A program made the position numbers and the translations under genes. Source: an uncultured archaeon (lineage in GTDB: Archaea; Asgardarchaeota; Lokiarchaeia; Sigyniarchaeales; SOKP01). From it: a stretch of DNA of 64,000 bases. Positions within the stretch are counted from its first letter, which is position 1. Each line of letters opens with the position of its first letter. The stretch spans positions 32,001 to 96,000 of the forward strand of contig CAZDTP010000007.1 of the NCBI GenBank assembly GCA_964508365.1, given 5' to 3'. The notes below the pieces were generated by a model. It was not told the origin of the DNA and did no database searches. It saw only the letters and a list, made by a program, of their open reading frames with translations. Positions 57,820 to 64,000 of the stretch are shown here, in pieces.

Positions 57820-59880
57820 TTACTTCCTGAAATAAACCTTAGTCGAGAATTTTCTAAATGGTTTAGGTAATTTATGTTTTGGAAATCCTTTAGTGTCTTC
57901 GTTTAACATTTCAATAAGCTCGCTTAGTTTTATATTGTTAACATTTTTTGATGTTTCCTTTTTCGGGCCTATTGGATGACCAATTAGTCTTTTTCTTACT
58001 GAAATAGTCTGATCTTCTAGCTCTTTTTTCCCGAGTATTATTGTATAGGGAATCCAATCAATTTCGGATTGTCTAATTTTTTTACCTAATTTTTCATTTC
58101 TATCGTCATAATCTACTCTGTAGGATTCTTTACTGAGAATTTCGAGTATTTTCTCAGCATAATCATGCTGATCATTACTTATAGTTAAAATCCTTACTTG
58201 GATAGGAGATAACCAAGTTCTAAATCCCGGAACTATTTTATCTTTATCTCGTATTGCCGTCTCGATTAAACCCCACAAGATTCTCTCTAAACCTCCTGTT
58301 GGAGAATTATGAAGAATAACTGGGTACTTCGTCTCACCATCTTCATCTGTGAAATTAATATTATATTTCTGCCGTTTGATTCCTTTATTATCGATCATAG
58401 ACTCTAAAGAACTCTCTACATCGATTTGGTTAGTTGAGAGAGTAGCACTTTTATTCTGAGCTGAAAGAACAGGTCTTTCGAACTTTAATACGAAGTAATA
58501 ATATCTTTCTTCCCATAATTCTAATAGTGCGGGTTGTCCTTCTTTCTGTATCAAATCTTTAATCCAATCTTTGTTATCTCTAAAAAAGTCTTGAGTTGTT
58601 CTAAAAATTATGTAGGATTTTATTCCCAAATCCTCTAAAAGGTTCTTAATTAAGAAATATTGGCTCTTAAACTCTTCTATTGACGATTTTAAATCTTTAC
58701 ATAATGTATGCATATCAGGCATTATAAACCCACGTAATCTTCGTAATCCTGTAAGTTCTCCTTCTTGTTCTCTCCTAAAATCATACTGTTCATATTCATA
58801 CACTCTCATTGGGAAATAATGAGGTTTTAGATTCATCGAACTAAACATGTCAAACAGAAGGAAATCAGAGGCAAATCTCAATAAATATCTATCACTCCCA
58901 GATTCTACCCAATATGTTCTCGCTGGAAATCTTGCGGTTTGGGCAGTCAATTTCTTATTCTTTACTGTATACATAATTGGCGTATCGATTAAAATGGCTC
59001 CATAATCTATTATTCTATCTTCAATAAAGGTTTTAATCAAATTCTTCATGATTACTCCGTTACTATACCAACGTAAATTTCCTTTATCGCTGTTTTCATC
59101 AAAATCGACTAATTCAAACTCTTTCATGACTTTAAGATGTGCGGGTTCGATTCCTTCGTCTTCTCTTGTAGATCCTAATTCCGATTTTAGGAATTGATAA
59201 AAATTTTCGTCTCTTAACCCATTAGGAGGCATTATATTCTTGTTTTCATCAAATTCTATATTTAATTCATTTCCGTCAGTTGTGATTACCTTAAAAACAG
59301 CATTTACTATGTGTTCTTCGGGTTGAATGTACAGCTTAACATCGCGATACATTTCAGCTACTTCATGGCCAATACAGTTAATTTTAAAAGATTTATACCA
59401 CCCAAATGGAGAATAGCTTGCTTGTATCCCCATATCGTTCAGAATCTTAGATATTTTGGGACAAACATCCATTGCGTTTTTTTCATTACTTAGAAACTTA
59501 CTTAAATGTGCCCAAGGATATACTAATACCTTATCTACTCTGTACATATCTCGTTCTTTTATTAGCTCGAGTAATTTTCTTTCTTTTCCCTTTATCTTTC
59601 CATTTACGATCTTTTGATTATGTTCTCTAATTTCCTCGTTTTTGATTCTAATCTTTTCTGGAAAATCGGTTATCTGTAGTATGGCTTCTTCTATAACTTT
59701 AGCACCCTGCTTTGCTATTAAATCAGTGTCGTAAGTATCTTGATCTTCTACAGAAACATAAGCTACTAATATTAAGCCCTTCATCTCAATGGTTTTTTTG
59801 GGGAATGCCTGAGGATTAGATGTCGCCTCTTTATTCTTTATAACTTCAACTCCATCTGAGTGTATTAACAAAATTTTCAT
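57820..59880 (-). CDS. thrS: Threonine--tRNA ligase, archaeal type with N-terminal editing domain
   Basis: MKILLIHSD, YPWAHLS, PFGWYKSF..C.GH, FRREQ.GEL.GL.RLR.F.MPDMH, DDRNEKLGKKIR. Confidence 0.96.
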   Translation of the reverse strand: MKILLIHSDGVEVIKNKEATSNPQAFPKKTIEMKGLILVAYVSVEDQDTYDTDLIAKQGAKVIEEAILQITDFPEKIRIKNEEIREHNQKIVNGKIKGKERKLLELIKERDMYRVDKVLVYPWAHLSKFLSNEKNAMDVCPKISKILNDMGIQASYSPFGWYKSFKINCIGHEVAEMYRDVKLYIQPEEHIVNAVFKVITTDGNELNIEFDENKNIMPPNGLRDENFYQFLKSELGSTREDEGIEPAHLKVMKEFELVDFDENSDKGNLRWYSNGVIMKNLIKTFIEDRIIDYGAILIDTPIMYTVKNKKLTAQTARFPARTYWVESGSDRYLLRFASDFLLFDMFSSMNLKPHYFPMRVYEYEQYDFRREQEGELTGLRRLRGFIMPDMHTLCKDLKSSIEEFKSQYFLIKNLLEDLGIKSYIIFRTTQDFFRDNKDWIKDLIQKEGQPALLELWEERYYYFVLKFERPVLSAQNKSATLSTNQIDVESSLESMIDNKGIKRQKYNINFTDEDGETKYPVILHNSPTGGLERILWGLIETAIRDKDKIVPGFRTWLSPIQVRILTISNDQHDYAEKILEILSKESYRVDYDDRNEKLGKKIRQSEIDWIPYTIILGKKELEDQTISVRKRLIGHPIGPKKETSKNVNNIKLSELIEMLNEDTKGFPKHKLPKPFRKFSTKVYFRK

Positions 59881-60006
59881 GGGATTTTCAACTTTTTCTT
59901 CTTCTGGACAATTGTTAATAAAAAATCCTAAATATTTTTCTTCCTTTTGATAATTAAATATATTTAAAATTGAAATTAATTATTACTAAAATATTTATTT
60001 ATAAGG

Positions 60007-60627
60007 ATGAGTCTTAATAAGATTTTTTCGGAAATTAATGAAACTGTAGAGAAGCTAGATAAAGATAGAGAAAACATTCTAAAATTATCTCGTATATTAA
60101 TCCGTGATTGTAGTATTGCAATAAAAAATATTCATAGAAAGGAATTTAGTCAATATCACCAGAAAGTCTTAAATATACAAAAAGTCCATAAAGATATGCT
60201 ACTTTTGGTAAATAAAAATCCTGGAGTTTTCTTAAAGTATTTAAAAACTCCGGAACAAGAGTATACGGAAGCAATAGCGTTTTATGCTATCATATCAAAA
60301 GAACCTCTTCCACTACCCAGTGATTTAAACATCGATCCAATAAATTATGCTCTAGGTCTTGCTGATGTAATTGGAGAATTAAGAAGATATGTATTGGACA
60401 ATATAAGGAATTCAATTTTAGATGATATAAACGATGTATTAGAATGTATGGATGATATATACACTCATTTATTTTCGATCGATTTTCCTTCCGGTTTAAC
60501 ACAAGATTTACGACACAAGATAGATCAAGCGAGAAATATAATTGAAAAAACTAGAGGAGATGTATCTATTTCGCTTCAAATGAATGATCTAAAAAGATGT
60601 ATAGAAAACAGAGAAAAAAAACCTTAA
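60007..60627 (+). CDS. Translin-family protein
   Basis: RE.ILKLSR.L.RDCS.AI..IH, QEYTEA, YALGLADVIGELRR, LRHKIDQAR. Confidence 0.88.
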   Translation: MSLNKIFSEINETVEKLDKDRENILKLSRILIRDCSIAIKNIHRKEFSQYHQKVLNIQKVHKDMLLLVNKNPGVFLKYLKTPEQEYTEAIAFYAIISKEPLPLPSDLNIDPINYALGLADVIGELRRYVLDNIRNSILDDINDVLECMDDIYTHLFSIDFPSGLTQDLRHKIDQARNIIEKTRGDVSISLQMNDLKRCIENREKKP

Positions 60628-60716
60628 TTTTCTGCAATTCTATAATAAATATACAATCTTTCATAGATATAGTTATTAAGAATTGGTTTATTATCTATAT
60701 TTGAAAAAATGTAAAT

Positions 60717-60723
60717 GAGCTGA
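60717..60723 (+). promoter_or_regulatory. SD-like GAGCTGA 6 nt upstream of the candidate ATA start of ribL
   Basis: One mismatch from GAGGTGA, canonical spacing. Confidence 0.4.
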
Positions 60724-60729
60724 AAAAAA

Positions 60730-61167
60730 ATAGCGAAGAAAGTATTAGTTGCTGGTACGTTTGACATACTTCATCCTGGTCATGTATATTTAATCAATGA
60801 GGCTGCTAAAATGGGTGATGTATATGTAATTGTTGCTACAGATAAGAATAGAAAAATATATTCTGGAGAAAGACCTATAATACCAGAAGACCAGAGGTTA
60901 GAAGTTGTCAAGAGTATAAAAAACGTAAAAGAAGCAAGATTGGGGCGATCTGATAACAATACTCTTAAAACTGTTGAAGAGATCAACCCTGATATTATCC
61001 TTTTAGGTCCAGACCAAAATTATAATCTTGAAACTTTAAAACGAGATTTAGACAAAAAAGGTTTAAGCAATATTATAGTAAAAAAGCTGGATACATATTA
61101 TGAGAAATACGCGCTTCACTCCTCTAGCTTAATCAAAAAAAAAATATTAGAACAGTATAAGAATTAA
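60730..61167 (+). CDS. ribL: FAD synthase (cytidylyltransferase-family RibL); start extended upstream of the ORF-track ATG
   Basis: In-frame upstream translation IAKKVLVAGTFDILHPGH (HxGH motif) precedes MGDVYVIVATD; RPIIPEDQR, PDIILLGPDQ, SSSLIK. Confidence 0.85.
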   Translation: MAKKVLVAGTFDILHPGHVYLINEAAKMGDVYVIVATDKNRKIYSGERPIIPEDQRLEVVKSIKNVKEARLGRSDNNTLKTVEEINPDIILLGPDQNYNLETLKRDLDKKGLSNIIVKKLDTYYEKYALHSSSLIKKKILEQYKN

Positions 61168-61183
61168 AATCTTTAGTGAGGTT

Positions 61184-61909
61184 ATGTCAAACAAAGGAGA
61201 GATATCACCTGAAAACTACGCTAATTGGTTTGCTCTCTATCAACTTTGTAAGCATATAGAACATCGACAAACAATTAATATTAGCAGTGTAGAGTTCGGG
61301 AAACTTCTAAACTTGAGTCAGCAAACTGCTTCGAGAAGAATTTACGATCTGGTGGAACTCGGGTGGATTAAAAGAAAAATTGAGAAAAAAATCCAAAAAA
61401 TTGTTGTTACCAGAAAAGGGAGTAATGTAATGCTCTTAATGTATAAAAATTTAAAGGAAATTCTTGCGAGCATTGTTATACTTGGTTCTGTTCAGAGTGG
61501 AATCAAAGAAGGTGCTTACTATGTAGCAATTAAAGGATATTTTGAACAATTCCAAGAAAAATTAGGCTTTTTACCATATAAAGGTACATTGAATTTAGAA
61601 TTGAATGATACGAATATTGATTTATTAAGAGAAAAACTAAAATATATCAAACCTGTGATTATTTCTGGATTTAAAGACGATAACTCAGAGCGGACTTATG
61701 GAAATGTTTATTGTTATCATTGTTTTATATCACGCACAGATAATCCAGAGAAAAAAACTAAAGCTGCAATACTTGATATACAAAGAACTCATCATGAAAA
61801 AAATACAATTGAAATCTTGGCTAAACCTTATTTGAGAGATAATTTTAACCTCAAAGATGGAGATAAATTAATAATTGAACTAAATTTTAGTAGCCAAAAT
61901 CTTGTTTAG
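61184..61909 (+). CDS. ribK: CTP-dependent riboflavin kinase with N-terminal wHTH (RbkR-type)
   Basis: SSVEFG..LNLSQQTASRR..DL..GWI; GSVQSGIKEGAYYV, LGF.PYKGTLN, RTHH...IEILA..LR. Confidence 0.92.
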   Translation: MSNKGEISPENYANWFALYQLCKHIEHRQTINISSVEFGKLLNLSQQTASRRIYDLVELGWIKRKIEKKIQKIVVTRKGSNVMLLMYKNLKEILASIVILGSVQSGIKEGAYYVAIKGYFEQFQEKLGFLPYKGTLNLELNDTNIDLLREKLKYIKPVIISGFKDDNSERTYGNVYCYHCFISRTDNPEKKTKAAILDIQRTHHEKNTIEILAKPYLRDNFNLKDGDKLIIELNFSSQNLV

Positions 61910-61941
61910 CTTGGAAAAAGATTTATGAGAGCTCAATAACT

Positions 61942-62580
61942 TTACATATTATTCTCGTGTTCTTTTATAAGATTCTTAATTTTAAAATATCTAAAAAAAG
62001 CTGTGGCTAATACTAAAAGCATGAAAACGAACAAAAATTCGTTTACATAACCGATAAAATTCGCTACCAACATCGTGACCACTAGATAGAATAACCTTTC
62101 GGATCTTGCCATCAAACCAAAATCAAAATCACCTTTAAAGAATACCTCTGCTCTCGCTCTTAAATAACTTATCATAATAGAGCTAAGAAATGATATAAGG
62201 ATAATTATTTTCATGTCAAAAATACCCCATAAAACGCTATTCCAGTTATAAATCAAAAGTGCTAAAAATATTACAAATTCACTTATTCTATCCATTAAAG
62301 AATCAAAAAATCCTCCAAATTTCGTTACCTTTTCTTGTTCCCTTGCGATTGCTCCATCAACTCCATCAAAAAAGCCAGTTACGAAGATAAATATTGAAAA
62401 TAAAAGCAAATTCGATAAGAAAACGAGAAGAATGAAACTTATGATAGAAAAACTAAGCATAATAATCGTAGCTAAATTTGGACTTAAACCCACTCTACTT
62501 AGAAGATGTGCAACCCTTTTGACTAGTGGTCTGAAAATTCTGCGAAGTCTAAATTTTGATGCCATATCTCGTATATTCAC
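61942..62580 (-). CDS. CDP-alcohol phosphatidyltransferase (archaetidylinositol-phosphate synthase-like)
   Basis: DGVDGAIAR-x8-GGFFDSLMDR signature, SYLRARAE, GLMARSER. Confidence 0.92.
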   Translation of the reverse strand: MNIRDMASKFRLRRIFRPLVKRVAHLLSRVGLSPNLATIIMLSFSIISFILLVFLSNLLLFSIFIFVTGFFDGVDGAIAREQEKVTKFGGFFDSLMDRISEFVIFLALLIYNWNSVLWGIFDMKIIILISFLSSIMISYLRARAEVFFKGDFDFGLMARSERLFYLVVTMLVANFIGYVNEFLFVFMLLVLATAFFRYFKIKNLIKEHENNM

Positions 62581-62784
62581 TTTGTTTTATGACTCTTTTT
62601 AATAATCCTCTTCAGATTTTTCTTTAAAGCAGAAAGTATTAGGAAAGATTTAAAGATTATCTAATACCAAGAAATTCTTTTTATTTATATATTATACTTA
62701 ATTATACCATATATAATTTTTTTAAGGTAATAACTTTAAATAGCTTATAAGAAAGATTAAAGAAAAAATTTTATGTGATTTTTA

Positions 62785-63090
62785 TTGAAATTACGACTTG
62801 TACTAAAAACTTCAACCAAAAAAGATAAAGAAGTGTGCATTAAGCTTGCTTTACCTCCAAGCAAACATTACGGTTTTATAAACTTCATTAATTTAGCTTT
62901 AAATCAAGATAAACCCGTTTCGTTATCTTTCGAAAAAGTAAGTAAAAAAGGAGATAAAGAAGAAAGCAAAATTGTTGGAATCTTTAAATTTGAAGGAAAA
63001 AGCGATGCTGAATTGAAGAAGATTGAGGAAGAAATTAAAGATCAAGAAAGAAGAAGGAAAAAACAGCACCAAAAAAGAGTTCAAGGCTAA
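62785..63090 (+). CDS. Hypothetical basic protein with C-terminal coiled coil
   Basis: 101-aa ORF filling the gap between genes; no recognised motif. Confidence 0.55.
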   Translation: MKLRLVLKTSTKKDKEVCIKLALPPSKHYGFINFINLALNQDKPVSLSFEKVSKKGDKEESKIVGIFKFEGKSDAELKKIEEEIKDQERRRKKQHQKRVQG

Positions 63091-63174
63091 ATTCTATTGA
63101 ATCAAAAAATATTTCTCCTACCTTTTTACTTAACTATCAAAAGCAAGAGTAAAACCTTATCAATCTTAAATCCC

Positions 63175-63927
63175 TCATAAACTGAATTTTAGAAAGCCCA
63201 ATTTTATTAAATTCTTACATATATTGTAGACTTGCGCATGTTCTAAATCTAGGTTTTCCGTTATCTGTCTTATAGATTTTTTCCCATCGATTTGATAAAA
63301 TACTTTTTGCGAAGTATCACCTGTCAAATAATATTTTGGATTAATTTTTTTTAGTGTTGTGAATCGGGGGATTTGATTACAGTAAGGTGGTAAGTTAGGT
63401 GGAGGATCTAACTTACTCCTTAGAGCCTGTAAATTGGATTCTTCAGTTAATTTTACTTCTACGTTTTTAAACAGCTCAATCATTCTTTCCTTAAACCCTG
63501 TATCGCTTTCATTCAATTCTTCCTCTGCAAAAGTTTCTAAGACATTCTCAAAGGATTTGAATTCATTTGTATTACCTTTCCAATTCAAAACAACATCGAG
63601 GCTGAATTTTTGTAAAAATGTTCGAGAAATTTTCCTTAAAATTCTTAGAACATTCACAGGTTTGGATTTTTCATCGTATGTGGCGATATAAATTAAGTTT
63701 GGAATACCTGAGGCCTTTAAAAACGATAATTTTAAATCATTATTAGATAATTTCAATTCGCTAATAGTTCCTAAATCCTCAAAAGAGTCAGAAAAAGAGT
63801 TCAGTGCTGAAAAAAACCCAGAAACCATAAGTAATGAATCTGTTTCTGAGAAAATATTTTTTGCTATAGAAAAATTCTTAAATAATAGCGGTAAGCCATC
63901 TTTAATAATTAAGAAATCATGTATCAT
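63175..63927 (-). CDS. Longin-like domain plus C-terminal winged helix protein
   Basis: FLIIKDGLPLL..LMVSGFFSALNSF..F...F....NWKGN...F; C-terminal VFYQIDGKKSIRQI..NLDL..VYNICKNLIKLGFL. Confidence 0.75.
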   Translation of the reverse strand: MIHDFLIIKDGLPLLFKNFSIAKNIFSETDSLLMVSGFFSALNSFSDSFEDLGTISELKLSNNDLKLSFLKASGIPNLIYIATYDEKSKPVNVLRILRKISRTFLQKFSLDVVLNWKGNTNEFKSFENVLETFAEEELNESDTGFKERMIELFKNVEVKLTEESNLQALRSKLDPPPNLPPYCNQIPRFTTLKKINPKYYLTGDTSQKVFYQIDGKKSIRQITENLDLEHAQVYNICKNLIKLGFLKFSL

Positions 63928-64000
63928 GAATTAAACTCGTCTTTCTTTATTCAGCTATTTATTAAAACTCAAATAAAAATCATCAACCTTGGTATCAATA

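Noticed and set aside
60721-60723. In-frame TGA as selenocysteine in RibL
   Set aside because: Third codon, non-catalytic position, not aligned to a Cys; no SECIS-like hairpin seen; an AUA start explains the data more simply
2849-63691. Short ORF-track entries overlapping real genes (e.g. 2849, 3359, 8913, 13591, 13951, 17790, 20757, 30464, 31586, 36563, 43492, 56417, 63434)
   Set aside because: Shadow ORFs antisense or out of frame to well-supported genes, with no recognisable motifs
1-64000. rRNA, tRNA, CRISPR array, integrase or transposase
   Set aside because: No GC-rich cloverleaf or rRNA-like segments, regularly spaced repeats or recombinase motifs were found by eye; tRNAscan/Infernal were not run
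63955-64000. 3' end of a minus-strand gene at the window edge (IDTKVDDFYLSFNK*)
   Set aside because: Too short to identify or confirm as coding

Overview
AT-rich archaeal chromosomal segment, most likely from a Lokiarchaeia-type Asgard archaeon. This is inferred from a Loki-type profilin, two Rab-like GTPases, three longin-like domains, a JAMM/MPN protein, eL38, and archaeal-type AspRS/ThrRS/RibK/RibL/thermosome. About 60 protein-coding genes are densely packed. They comprise translation and housekeeping blocks (argS-speB-dys; eL40/eL38/nusA-like/pth2/truD/aspS/map; thrS; translin-ribL-ribK), lipid and organic-substrate metabolism (acyl-CoA ligase, acyl-CoA dehydrogenase, hydrolases, a Tat-less reductive dehalogenase) and many membrane proteins. 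Three genes missing from the ORF track were read by hand: a partial M29 aminopeptidase, eL40 and a 55-aa zinc-finger microprotein. No rRNA, tRNA, CRISPR array or intact mobile element was recognised. The most notable observations are: (1) a 'hypothetical' protein that aligns by eye with the BRO1/ALIX ESCRT-adaptor domain, lying within 8 kb of a wHTH-Yip1 fusion, two HGSNAT/DUF1624-like paralogs and a Rab-like GTPase; (2) a polytopic membrane protein with a cytoplasmic longin domain, plus a longin+wHTH protein; (3) two genes whose conserved N-termini can only be reached from AUA/AUU start codons; (4) profilin sharing a compact divergent promoter with a minimal MacB/FtsX-type ABC transporter. 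All family assignments come from motif recognition by eye, not database searches.
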